64,000 nucleotides of DNA from an uncultured Bacillales bacterium (GTDB taxonomy: Bacteria; Bacillota_I; Bacilli_A; RFN20; CAG-826): positions 32-64,031 of the forward strand of contig CALMWE010000268.1 in the NCBI GenBank assembly GCA_937873795.1, read 5' to 3'. Position numbers and translations under genes: made by a program. The notes under the pieces were generated by a model. It made no database searches, was not told where the DNA came from, and saw only the letters and a program-made list of their open reading frames with translations. Shown piece by piece: positions 9,625-18,501 of this stretch; positions within the stretch are counted from its first letter, which is position 1; each line of letters starts with the position of its first letter.

Positions 9625-11382
9625 ATGGCTCCTTATTTCTTACCAGTCCCAGATAACACAGGCGATTTGATCATCGTCTTCATCGTTGCTTTAATCATCA
9701 TCCTCCTTGTTTTATTGGGGGCTTTTGCTGTTGCTAATACCCGAGATAGCCGGAATTTGATGCTCATCCGCAACCAGAGCAACAGCATTCGCGTCTATAT
9801 CATTGATATGAATAAAAACGAGGTTCGGCACTTTAACCAATCGGACCTTCGAAAGCAAGAACTTAAATCGGTTGAAGATTTTTACCAGAAGTTTGTCGAA
9901 TCTGACCGCAAAAAAGTGGAAGACTGGATCAAAGCGATTCTGAAAGATACCAGCGATGTCCCTCATTATCTTGAAGCGGACGTGAAAATTAACCGCGACA
10001 AGAAGAGTTACTTCTCCTTATTAGAGTTGAAAAAAGCCGATACCCGCCAACAAATCATCCACTTGGAAAGTTATATCCTGCGTTATAGCTTGCCCAAAAG
10101 CCGTAGGGCTCGCAAAGGCAATTCCCTTGTGGCTACCGAAGAACAAATTCAAACCATTCTGACCGATACTCGCAACAAACAAAAAGGCGCAACCTATGTT
10201 CTTCGCTTCTTCCCTGTGAAGCGAAAAGGTACTCCGACCAAAGAAATTTCGAACATCTTCATGTCTCAACTTAAAGGCCGCATCTTCCCATTCTTGAGTC
10301 CGACCCGCTACTTGGTGGAAGTCACCGATAACGAGTTTGCCATTGTGGATACCAAAGCCTCTTCCAGCAATGCTTGCATGCAATTGGCGCACTCGATTGC
10401 CCGTTCGATTTCCCGATACCTGGATATTAACGCCATTCGCGAAGACTTCGGCTTTGTCGTCGGTATTTGCGAAAACAAGTATTTCCCGGGCGATTTCCAA
10501 AAACTTTATAAAACAGCACGCATTATGTCCCTGGTTTCGCAAAACCGGTCAGTCCGTGTCTCGCTGTACGATAAAACAGTCAGTTTGACAGAATTCAAAA
10601 CAGACTCCTTCAACGAAGAAATCGATTTGATGATCGCCGAGAACCGTTTTGAATACATGTATCGTCCGGTGCTCGATGTTCGTAACATTTCGACGTTTGG
10701 TTATTTCTCTTACGTCAAAGCGAAAAGTTCTGTATTCACCAATGTTAACGAAGCAAAAACCTACGCGCGGACATCCAAATTTAACCAAGACAAGGATTTG
10801 TTCGCGGCGATTGCCAGCAACATCGTTCCCAGTTTCATATCCCAAAGAGATGGCGAACACCTAAAACTCTTCTTCAATATGTTTATGGCGGAACGCGTGT
10901 TTATCCCTGAAGTCCTCAACGTCATTCCAAGAGTTAAAGAGGCCAACTTAGTTCTAACGTTCGATGAGCAGGATATCCATACCTTCACTGTCGAGAACTC
11001 CCAAATCATCCCCGAACTTTTAAAATTAAAAGAGAATGGCTATGAATTGGCATTGACTTTAAATAATAAAGATTTATTATTGTCCTCGGAAATCTACTCG
11101 ACGTTTGATTATTTCATCGTCGACGGCAGGATGACCAAAGACATTGACCGTAATAACCGCCGCCGACAATTCCTTTATACCCTTTGCGAAAAACTCGTTC
11201 GCTATAAAAAGCCGATCATCGCAACGGACCTTGACAATTGGAACAGCATTGAACTGATGACCAAATCCGGCATCAACATGCTCTCCAGCAACGTCATCAG
11301 CGAGTCGGACGAAATGGTCCTTCCGTTCGATCGTAAGAAGATTCCGAAGATTAAATCATTCAATGTGGCCAACCGTGCCTAA
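9625..11382 (+). CDS. membrane protein with degenerate GGDEF-like (TDNEF) and degenerate EAL-like domains
   Basis: The ATG at 9625 follows AGGGTGA. One TM helix. RYLVEVTDNEFAIV aligns with the RxGGDEF strand, and YRPVLDVRNISTFGYFSY with the EAL domain start. LTLNNKDLLLSS replaces DDFGTGYSS and IIATDLDN replaces AEGVE. Confidence 0.6.
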   Translation: MAPYFLPVPDNTGDLIIVFIVALIIILLVLLGAFAVANTRDSRNLMLIRNQSNSIRVYIIDMNKNEVRHFNQSDLRKQELKSVEDFYQKFVESDRKKVEDWIKAILKDTSDVPHYLEADVKINRDKKSYFSLLELKKADTRQQIIHLESYILRYSLPKSRRARKGNSLVATEEQIQTILTDTRNKQKGATYVLRFFPVKRKGTPTKEISNIFMSQLKGRIFPFLSPTRYLVEVTDNEFAIVDTKASSSNACMQLAHSIARSISRYLDINAIREDFGFVVGICENKYFPGDFQKLYKTARIMSLVSQNRSVRVSLYDKTVSLTEFKTDSFNEEIDLMIAENRFEYMYRPVLDVRNISTFGYFSYVKAKSSVFTNVNEAKTYARTSKFNQDKDLFAAIASNIVPSFISQRDGEHLKLFFNMFMAERVFIPEVLNVIPRVKEANLVLTFDEQDIHTFTVENSQIIPELLKLKENGYELALTLNNKDLLLSSEIYSTFDYFIVDGRMTKDIDRNNRRRQFLYTLCEKLVRYKKPIIATDLDNWNSIELMTKSGINMLSSNVISESDEMVLPFDRKKIPKIKSFNVANRA

Positions 11383-11395
11383 AAGAGGAAACACC

Positions 11396-12835
11396 ATGAA
11401 CAACAACGCAATCAAAAACGATGCCATTACCAGCCGTGATGCCGACTTTGCCCAATGGTACACCGATGTGTGCCGCAAAGCCGAGTTGATGGATTATTCA
11501 TCCGTCAAAGGTTTCATTATTTATCGTCCCTATGGTTATGCCATTTGGGAGCAAATCCAAAAATATCTGGATGACAAATTCAAAAAAACCGGACATGAAA
11601 ACGTCTATATGCCGCTCGTCATTCCCGAATCTTTATTTAATAAGGAAAAGGAACACGTCGAAGGATTTGCTCCGGAAACCCTGATTGCGACTATCGGCGG
11701 CAAGAACCAATTGGATGATCGGCTCATCATCCGTCCGACCTCCGAAGTCTTGTTCTGCGAACACTATGCGAAGATTATTTCCAGCTATCGTGATTTACCG
11801 AAGAAATACAATCAATGGTGCTCGGTCGTGCGGTGGGAAAAAACTACCCGCCCGTTCTTAAGAGGATCTGAATTCTTGTGGCAAGAAGGACATACTGTCC
11901 ACGCCACGGAAGAAGAAGCCCGTCACGAAACGCTCAAAATGCTAGACATTTACGATGGCCTGGGCAAGGAACTCCTTGCGGTTCCGTTCATGACTGGACG
12001 TAAAACCGAAAAAGAAAAGTTTGCCGGCGCCAAAGAAACCTACAGTATCGAAGCTTTGATGCACGATGGAAAAGCACTTCAAAGCGGTACCTCTCACTAT
12101 TTCGGAACGGGATTTGCTGAAGCTTTTGGCATGAAGTTCCAAGATAAAGACAATGTTCTTCGCTATGTCCATCAAACCAGCTGGGGCGTCTCGACCCGCT
12201 TGATCGGCTCCATCATCATGGTCCATGGCGATGATAACGGTCTTGTTCTCCCGCCCTATGTCGCTCCGATTCAAATCGTCATCATCCCTGTCCAACAACA
12301 AAAAGAAGGCGTGTTAGCCAAAGCCCGCGAAATCGAAACTGCGCTTTCCGCCAAAGGATACCGCGTCAAACTCGATGACAGCGATCGCACGCCCGGTTGG
12401 AAGTTCGCCGAATACGAAATGAAGGGTGTCCCCCTCCGAATCGAAATCGGTCCTCGAGATTTGGAAAAGAACGTGGCTGTTTTAGCTAAACGCAATGATG
12501 GTATCAAACACACGATTGCCATTGAAGAATTACCTTCGCAAATCGAACCGATGATGAAAGCCATGCATCAAGAAATGTATGAACATGCTTTAGCCCACTT
12601 GAACGGACACATTACCGAAGTCAAGACTTTGGATGAACTCAAAGAAGTCGTTGACCACAAAGGCGGTTATGCCAAAATGATGTGGTGCGGCGATGTCGAA
12701 TGCGAAAACCATATTAAGGATTTGACAACCGCGACCGCCCGCTGCATGCCCTTCAACCAAACCCCGTTTGACGAGACTTGTCCGGTGTGTGGCAAAAAGG
12801 CTCATAAAGTCGTTTTATTTGCCAAAGCTTATTAA
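11396..12835 (+). CDS. proS: prolyl-tRNA synthetase (archaeal/eukaryote-like short type with C-terminal zinc-binding domain)
   Basis: About 479 aa. Has FAQWYTDV, class II motifs (IRPTSE, RWE...RPFLR, GTSHYFG) and a C-terminal Cys cluster (WCGDVECE...CPVCGKKA). Confidence 0.92.
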   Translation: MNNNAIKNDAITSRDADFAQWYTDVCRKAELMDYSSVKGFIIYRPYGYAIWEQIQKYLDDKFKKTGHENVYMPLVIPESLFNKEKEHVEGFAPETLIATIGGKNQLDDRLIIRPTSEVLFCEHYAKIISSYRDLPKKYNQWCSVVRWEKTTRPFLRGSEFLWQEGHTVHATEEEARHETLKMLDIYDGLGKELLAVPFMTGRKTEKEKFAGAKETYSIEALMHDGKALQSGTSHYFGTGFAEAFGMKFQDKDNVLRYVHQTSWGVSTRLIGSIIMVHGDDNGLVLPPYVAPIQIVIIPVQQQKEGVLAKAREIETALSAKGYRVKLDDSDRTPGWKFAEYEMKGVPLRIEIGPRDLEKNVAVLAKRNDGIKHTIAIEELPSQIEPMMKAMHQEMYEHALAHLNGHITEVKTLDELKEVVDHKGGYAKMMWCGDVECENHIKDLTTATARCMPFNQTPFDETCPVCGKKAHKVVLFAKAY

Positions 12836-12840
12836 TCACA

Positions 12841-12872
12841 AAGACGTCTCAAAAAAGGGACGTCTTTTTCAT
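12841..12872 (+). terminator. rho-independent terminator after proS
   Basis: AAGACGTC...GACGTCTT stem followed by a T-run. Confidence 0.75.
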
Positions 12873-12924
12873 TTTTTAATTCCTTGAAAGCCATACTTTC
12901 CTATGGTAATATTAAATGCGCTAC

Positions 12925-13014
12925 GGAGTAATACCCAAGCGGTGAAGGGGCGTCCCTGCTAAGGACGTAGGTCGGGCAACTGGCGCGAGGGTTCAATTCC
13001 CTCTTACTCCGCCA
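12925..13014 (+). tRNA. tRNA-Ser (anticodon GCU)
   Basis: Acceptor GGAGTAA/TTACTCC, anticodon arm CGTCC-CTGCTAA-GGACG, long variable arm, GGTTCAATTCC T-loop, encoded CCA. Confidence 0.9.
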
Positions 13015-13023
13015 TTTAAAATT

Positions 13024-13049
13024 AACGCCGATTCAATCGGCGTTTTTTT
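13024..13049 (+). terminator. rho-independent terminator after tRNA-Ser(GCU)
   Basis: AACGCCGAT-TCA-ATCGGCGTT stem followed by T7. Confidence 0.8.
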
Positions 13050-13152
13050 ATATTTTCTACTAAAAACCATAAAAGTTTCACGAAATTATCAAAATAACAC
13101 TTTACCAATTTAGCGTAATAAAGTATGATGTTTGTATTTCGGAGGAAATTTT

Positions 13153-13986
13153 ATGAAAACGAAAAGTATTAAATCGCTTGGATTGATGGCGGCCATTACG
13201 TTGGTGGGTTGCTCTCAAAATCTGAATTTTGGAAGATCACTTGTGAAAGTTGATTCGATGGTCGATATTTTGACCGAATTAACCGCAGGAACAAGTGATG
13301 TCGGCATTATGGATTCGATTATGGCCAATTATTATATGTCGATGGATTCAAACTATGGGAATTCGCTCATGGTGATTCCCAATCTTGTGCTTTCCCAAGA
13401 ACAATATGGGATTGCCGCTCGGAAAGACGCTCAATACACCGCTGCAAAAATCAGCCAAAAACTTGTCCAACTGATGCAAGACGGAACCGTCACTCAAATC
13501 GCCGATCGTTATGGGCTCAACGACGATGTGATCATCGATGACGCTTATACGGTCGATCTTGAAACCCTTTCTGGGACATCGGATTGGGACTATATAACTA
13601 ATAAAGGAACCCTTGTCATCGGTTACACCGTGTTTGCTCCCATTGCCTTTGAACAAGACGGAGAGTTTGTCGGTTTTGATATCGATTTAGCGAAAGCGGT
13701 GGGTGCGGCATTGAATCTACAAGTTGTTTTCCAAGAAATCAATTGGGACACGAAAGAAATCGAACTCGCCAACAAAAATATCGACCTCATCTGGAACGGA
13801 ATGACGATCACCGAAGAACGCCAACAAAGCATGTCCATTACCATTCCTTATTTGGCCAATAAACAAGTCGCTATCATCCGTCAAAGTGATGCCGAAAAAT
13901 ACCAAACCACGGATGATATGAGTCAAGCGACTATCGTGGTTGAATCAGGATCGGCCGGACAATCCGTCGTCGAAAAACAATCATAA
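13153..13986 (+). CDS. amino-acid ABC transporter substrate-binding lipoprotein (family 3 SBP), circularly permuted segment order
   Basis: GGAGG RBS plus the ATG at 13153. Lipobox LVGC. SBP motifs are all present but in the order C-terminal half (QYGIAARKD...DGTVTQIADRYGL) then N-terminal half (GFDIDLAKAV...NGMTITEER...VESGSAG). Confidence 0.8.
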   Translation: MKTKSIKSLGLMAAITLVGCSQNLNFGRSLVKVDSMVDILTELTAGTSDVGIMDSIMANYYMSMDSNYGNSLMVIPNLVLSQEQYGIAARKDAQYTAAKISQKLVQLMQDGTVTQIADRYGLNDDVIIDDAYTVDLETLSGTSDWDYITNKGTLVIGYTVFAPIAFEQDGEFVGFDIDLAKAVGAALNLQVVFQEINWDTKEIELANKNIDLIWNGMTITEERQQSMSITIPYLANKQVAIIRQSDAEKYQTTDDMSQATIVVESGSAGQSVVEKQS

Positions 13987-13987
13987 T

Positions 13988-14656
13988 ATGATGCTCGCTG
14001 TTTCTTTTTGGGAGGTCACCGAAGCTCTCTTAACAGGATTCGGGAACTCTTTGATCATTTTCTTCTTCACGCTCCTTTTTGCTCTTCCTTTAGGTTTTAT
14101 TTTTGCCTTTGGTGCCATGAGCCGAAAGAAATGGATCCGTTTGTTATTCAGAGGGTTTATCTGGGTGATCCGCGGGACTCCTTTGATGTTACAAGTTATC
14201 CTAGTTTTCTATGGCCCAGGGTTGCTTTTCGGGCCGACGTTCTCGTTTCAATCCCGGCTGGCTGCAGTCATCCTTGCATTTGCCATCAATTACGCTTGTT
14301 ACTTCGGCGAAATCTATCGTGGTGGAATTGAAAGTATTCCTCAAGGCCAGTACGAAGCTGCACAGGTCTTAGGTTTAAATCGAAAACAAACCTTTACCAC
14401 CATCATTTTTCCGCAAGTTGTCAAACGCATTATTCCGGCCATGAGCAATGAGATCATCACGTTGATTAAAGACACCGCTTTGGCCAACATCATCGCCGTG
14501 GGAGAAATCATCATGGTGGCTAAGGAAACCGTTTCAATCAATGGCGTTCTTTGGCCGTTATTTTTCACCGGTGCATTCTATCTTATCTTCAGCGGTTTAT
14601 TGACGCTTCTATTCTCAAAATTTGAAGCGCATTATCGCTATTACAGGAGCATTTAA
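13988..14656 (+). CDS. amino-acid ABC transporter permease (His/Glu/Gln/Arg family)
   Basis: The ATG sits 1 nt after the SBP stop. The EAA-loop region QYEAAQVLGLNRKQTFTTIIFPQ is typical of polar amino-acid permeases. Confidence 0.88.
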   Translation: MMLAVSFWEVTEALLTGFGNSLIIFFFTLLFALPLGFIFAFGAMSRKKWIRLLFRGFIWVIRGTPLMLQVILVFYGPGLLFGPTFSFQSRLAAVILAFAINYACYFGEIYRGGIESIPQGQYEAAQVLGLNRKQTFTTIIFPQVVKRIIPAMSNEIITLIKDTALANIIAVGEIIMVAKETVSINGVLWPLFFTGAFYLIFSGLLTLLFSKFEAHYRYYRSI

Positions 14657-15405
14657 TGGCTTATTTAGAAATAAAGAATCTTTCAAAAAAATATGGGGAA
14701 AAAGAAGGTATTCAAAACCTTTCGTTCAACCTTGAAAAAGGAAAAATACTCACTGTCCTTGGCGCCAGCGGTAGTGGAAAAACGACGCTTTTGCGGTGCT
14801 TAGTTGGTTTATCATCCCCCGATCAAGGAACAGTGACCCTCGAGGGTAAAAATCTCATACAAGTCTCGCAAGAAGATAACATATTCTCGCGAATCGGTCT
14901 TGTTTTTCAAAGTTTCCATCTATTTCCGCATTTGACCGTTCTCGAAAATGTCGCGTTAGCGCCCCTTCTTGCTTCTCAAAAGAAGATCATTTTTAAACAG
15001 AAAACGGTGCTCAACGATGACCGTGCACGAACCGAAGCCGAACGTCTTCTCGAATGGGTGGATATGTCGGCAAAAAAAGATGCTTATCCGTGCGAACTGT
15101 CCGGAGGCCAACAACAACGCGTTGCGATTGCCCGTGCTTTGGCTTTAAATCCTGAGATTCTCGCGTTCGATGAGCCCACCAGTGCTTTAGATCCGGCTTT
15201 ACGAGGCGAAGTCACGCGTTTGTTTAAGGACTTGAAGAGCCGAGGCAAGACGCTGATTGTGGTCACCCACGATTTAGACTTTGCCCGATCGGTCAGCGAT
15301 GATGTTTTATTACTGAAAGATGGAAAAATCGAGAGCCAAGGCCCAGCCAGCGAAATGTTTCAAACCTCCATTCCGATAGCATTTGAAAAAAATCTTGTCG
15401 AGTAA
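14656..15405 (+). CDS. amino-acid ABC transporter ATP-binding protein
   Basis: Walker A GASGSGKTT, signature LSGGQQQRVAIARAL, Walker B ILAFDEPTSALD. Its ATG overlaps the permease stop. Confidence 0.92.
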   Translation: MAYLEIKNLSKKYGEKEGIQNLSFNLEKGKILTVLGASGSGKTTLLRCLVGLSSPDQGTVTLEGKNLIQVSQEDNIFSRIGLVFQSFHLFPHLTVLENVALAPLLASQKKIIFKQKTVLNDDRARTEAERLLEWVDMSAKKDAYPCELSGGQQQRVAIARALALNPEILAFDEPTSALDPALRGEVTRLFKDLKSRGKTLIVVTHDLDFARSVSDDVLLLKDGKIESQGPASEMFQTSIPIAFEKNLVE

Positions 15406-15456
15406 ATCACGATTTACATTAAGGTGAACAAACGATACTATTAAATGGGTGATTCC

Positions 15457-15747
15457 ATGAAAGCATTTAAACCCTCTAACGAGAAACTCTTCGAAGCCTT
15501 AACGCATATTGATTCGGTCGATGAGGCCAGAGATTTTTTGGATGACGTCTGTACCATCAAAGAGATTGAAGAAATGAGTCAACGCCTCGAAGCCGCAAAG
15601 CTGCTTTTGAAGGGCATGACCTATGATGAAGTCATCAAAAAAACCGGCATCTCGTCAGCGACGCTAAGCCGGGTTTCAAGGTGCATCCGTTACGGTAACG
15701 GCGGTTACAAAAAAATCATTGATAAAATCGAGAAAAAAGCCGGATAA
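15457..15747 (+). CDS. YerC/YecD family TrpR-like protein
   Basis: About 96 aa. CTIKEIEEMSQRLEAAKLL...TYDEVIKKTGISSATLSRV...GNGGY matches the YerC/YecD (Trp repressor-related) pattern. Confidence 0.75.
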   Translation: MKAFKPSNEKLFEALTHIDSVDEARDFLDDVCTIKEIEEMSQRLEAAKLLLKGMTYDEVIKKTGISSATLSRVSRCIRYGNGGYKKIIDKIEKKAG

Positions 15748-15760
15748 TCCGGCTTTTATT
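15733..15760. terminator. bidirectional terminator hairpin between convergent genes
   Basis: AAAAGCCGGAT-A-ATCCGGCTTTT palindrome flanked by A- and T-runs. The yerC-like stop codon lies in the loop. Confidence 0.75.
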
Positions 15761-16031
15761 TTAGCATGTAGAACATAAAGAAACTGGCGACTACAATCGC
15801 GGCGAAGAAGAAGCCGCTGACTATTTTGTATATGGTTTTAAACAGGCACGGTGTTTTTAAGTGGTAGAAGAGCCCCAGCGAAAGCGGTAGGGCCAAGATC
15901 TGCGCAGCTGCGATTCCTTTAATTTTCTTTGAAAGCACGTAATATAGACGGAAACCAAATAACGTAACCGGTCCGCCGATGAAGGCAATCCAGAACGCAT
16001 AAATCATGGTGGCAATTCCTAACTCAAACAT
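15756..16031 (-). CDS. small hydrophobic protein (about 3 TM), unknown function
   Basis: 91-aa ORF. Its start overlaps the upstream 48-aa ORF stop (ATGTTTGA). No recognisable motif. Confidence 0.5.
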   Translation of the reverse strand: MFELGIATMIYAFWIAFIGGPVTLFGFRLYYVLSKKIKGIAAAQILALPLSLGLFYHLKTPCLFKTIYKIVSGFFFAAIVVASFFMFYMLK

Positions 16032-16170
16032 GTTGTTTACCTCCCATGAAGAACCATACTAACCCAGCAACGGGTAAAGCAAAGAAGTAATAGAACCCGG
16101 TGAAGAAAAAGCCGATGATTGCCCAGAAAAATAAACCAAAGACAACGAAAATTTTATCGCTCTTTTTCAT
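16024..16170 (-). CDS. small hydrophobic protein (48 aa, 2 TM), unknown function
   Basis: Not in the ORF track because it is under 60 aa. Hand translation gives MKKSDKIFVVFGLFFWAIIGFFFTGFYYFFALPVAGLVWFFMGGKQHV. It starts 2 nt after the phosphoesterase stop and overlaps the next ORF's ATG. Confidence 0.4.
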   Translation of the reverse strand: MKKSDKIFVVFGLFFWAIIGFFFTGFYYFFALPVAGLVWFFMGGKQHV

Positions 16171-16172
16171 AC

Positions 16173-17126
16173 TTACAGCTCACTTTCTACGAGGAGATAA
16201 GATGAGAGCACATGGCCGGCATCGACATCGATGATGCGAGCGCCTCGTTCCAAAATGCCATAACCGTTATATCCGGTGCTTTGGCCATACGCCAACAGAA
16301 TGCCATCTTTCATAAAACTGAAGTTGTTATTGTGGTCATGACCCACGAATAAGCCTTTGGTCATGCCTTCATCGACCATCGCATCAAAGAACCCGGTATC
16401 GACGCCTTGGTAACAAATGACGCCTTCTTCCATCACACCATCAATGAGTGTAGAAGTGGCGTAATCTTCGTATTGAACGATGGGCATATGCATAAAGGCC
16501 AAGGATTCAAGACCATCGATTTGATCTTGTGCGGCGTGGGTCCGATACCAAGCAACTTGATCAAGGGTCATGTAGTCGTAACCGGATAATGTATTGTCAT
16601 TCTCGGTTCTCGAATCCATCATATAAAGATTCATAAACGGAGTTCCGGAGACTTCGGTTTGAATGATGAAGTTGCCATAACTTCCTGTGGTAATCTCGGG
16701 TCCTGCTTTAAAAATCAAGTATTCCGGATCTTGGATTTGAGCGAGATAACGGGTGTAATCCTTAAAATCGGTTTCGTGATTGCCGAAAACAAAAGTCCAT
16801 GGAATTTGTAAACGTTCCATGCGGTTATAGAGCGTCTTGAAAAGCGACGGTCCCATCGGGGACATCGCGATATCACCGGTGATGACGATCAAATCGGGAT
16901 CGGTGTATTCGGCCATATCTTCAATCAGGCGAAGCGTCATTCGGTCGTGGTAATCGATGCCATAGGTCAAATGCAAGTCGGTTACCTGCATGATACGTAG
17001 GCTCGATTCCGGTAACGAAAGCGTCAGAACAGAATCATCCGTGTAGTAATCGAGAGTTTCTCCCCCGCAGGAGGATAGGCAAAGGACTGCGGTTCCTAAA
17101 AGCAGCCAACGGCCTCGTGTTTTCAT
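16173..17126 (-). CDS. calcineurin-like metallophosphoesterase lipoprotein
   Basis: The ATG at 17126 follows AAAGGGA. Lipobox LCLSSCGG. Phosphoesterase motifs DLH, GDI, GNHE and GHDH are present. Confidence 0.8.
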   Translation of the reverse strand: MKTRGRWLLLGTAVLCLSSCGGETLDYYTDDSVLTLSLPESSLRIMQVTDLHLTYGIDYHDRMTLRLIEDMAEYTDPDLIVITGDIAMSPMGPSLFKTLYNRMERLQIPWTFVFGNHETDFKDYTRYLAQIQDPEYLIFKAGPEITTGSYGNFIIQTEVSGTPFMNLYMMDSRTENDNTLSGYDYMTLDQVAWYRTHAAQDQIDGLESLAFMHMPIVQYEDYATSTLIDGVMEEGVICYQGVDTGFFDAMVDEGMTKGLFVGHDHNNNFSFMKDGILLAYGQSTGYNGYGILERGARIIDVDAGHVLSSYLLVESEL

Positions 17127-17292
17127 TCGTTCATCCCTTTCTTGGACTTCAACACTATAAACGTCAAAAATGATTAGTTTTATTGTATTACATTTTCTGA
17201 CATCGTGGCGATGCATACGAATTATTCGAGCAAAAAAGCGCATTTTACTATATGATAGTATCGAGATTAAATTTTGTCAGAAAGGATTGCCC

Positions 17293-18501
17293 ATGAACAT
17301 TGCCATTATCGGCGGCGGAGCTTGCGGGCTTGTGGCCGCTTACCAATTAAAAAAGCAACGTCCTTCTTTGAACGTCACGGTTTTCGAAAAGAATCCCACC
17401 GTCGGAAAGAAAATTTTGATGAGCGGGAATTCTCATGGCAATCTTTCAAATACGCACGTCAATCCGAACGCTTATAACCATCCCGAATTCGTTGCTCCCG
17501 CCTTGGCTTTTGACTCTTCCTCATTAAGAAACCTAGCATCCGAACTCGGGGTCGATACCTTTGTGGATGAAGAAGGCCGCATTTATCCTTTCAGCAATTC
17601 CGCTAATTCATTTCTCGATGCGCTCCGTTTGGCTAACCGCGAACTCGGGGTCGTCGAAACCACCAATTACGAAGTTTTCTCGCTCACCAAAGGAAAAAAC
17701 GGGCAATGGTTAATCAACGGGACCGAACCTTTTGACCGCGTCGTCATCGCCACCGGTTCTTCCGCGGGTTATTATTTGAAACGCTCGACCATCAACCTTC
17801 CCAAAATGGGCCAAGGGCTCCAACATGTCTTGACCCCTTTATATCCTTCGTTAGCTCCCATCGGAGTTCAAGAAAATATTCGTTCTTTGACCGGCTTAAG
17901 GATATCATGTGGGGCCGCCATCGAAATTGACGGTGTCCGTTACTATCAAACCTCAGGTGAGATTCAATTTAAAGACGATGCCTTAAGCGGCATTGCCATT
18001 TTCGAACTTTCTTCTTTCCTTGCCCGCAAGATGGCCACCGGTAACGTCGGTTATGCCAACGTCGAATTGGATCTATTCCCGGATGTCAGTGAAGATGACC
18101 TCTTGGTTCAACTGAAAAACCGCCATGCCCATTTCCCGCAAAGAGACGGCGTCGCTTTCTTTGTCGGCATGTTTGCCAAAATGATCGGATGGTATTTGGC
18201 AACGCGTCTTAATCTGCAACAAATTCATCCCGAAACCCTCGGTGAAATCGCACATTTGTTGAAACATCTCCGTTTTGCCGTTGATTTAACATATGTCGCA
18301 ACCAACAACCAAGTGGTGTGCGGTGGTGTCCGTCTCGACCAAGTCCACCCCGAAACCTTGGAGTCGCGCGTTGCACAGGGTTTATATTTCGGTGGCGAAG
18401 TGCTCGATGTCGATGGCTTATGTGGGGGTTATAACCTCCATTTTGCCTTTGCCTCGGGTGTCTTGATTGCCCAGTCGATCCTCAGAGGGGTTTCCGAATG
18501 A
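17293..18501 (+). CDS. HI0933/BaiN-family NAD(P)/FAD-dependent oxidoreductase
   Basis: The start MNIAIIGGGACGLVAA is a dinucleotide fold. ILMSGNSHGNLSN and GEVLDVDGLCGGYNLHFAFASG resemble the HI0933-like family. Confidence 0.75.
   Translation: MNIAIIGGGACGLVAAYQLKKQRPSLNVTVFEKNPTVGKKILMSGNSHGNLSNTHVNPNAYNHPEFVAPALAFDSSSLRNLASELGVDTFVDEEGRIYPFSNSANSFLDALRLANRELGVVETTNYEVFSLTKGKNGQWLINGTEPFDRVVIATGSSAGYYLKRSTINLPKMGQGLQHVLTPLYPSLAPIGVQENIRSLTGLRISCGAAIEIDGVRYYQTSGEIQFKDDALSGIAIFELSSFLARKMATGNVGYANVELDLFPDVSEDDLLVQLKNRHAHFPQRDGVAFFVGMFAKMIGWYLATRLNLQQIHPETLGEIAHLLKHLRFAVDLTYVATNNQVVCGGVRLDQVHPETLESRVAQGLYFGGEVLDVDGLCGGYNLHFAFASGVLIAQSILRGVSE

Noticed and set aside
10021-10542. A 173-aa antisense ORF inside the GGDEF-EAL-like gene. 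Comparable shadow ORFs occur at 2132-2602, 29342-29812, 30319-30804, 35666-36061 and 51255-51767.
   Set aside because: Each is nested in a gene with strong family motifs on the other strand. None has a recognisable motif or a translation-initiation signal. They are typical shadow ORFs of roughly 50% GC coding DNA.
9336-13014. Segment bracketed by two tRNA-Ser genes as a possible integrated island
   Set aside because: The tRNAs are different isoacceptors (CGA and GCU) on opposite strands, with no flanking direct repeats that I could see. The segment carries the essential proS gene and no integrase.
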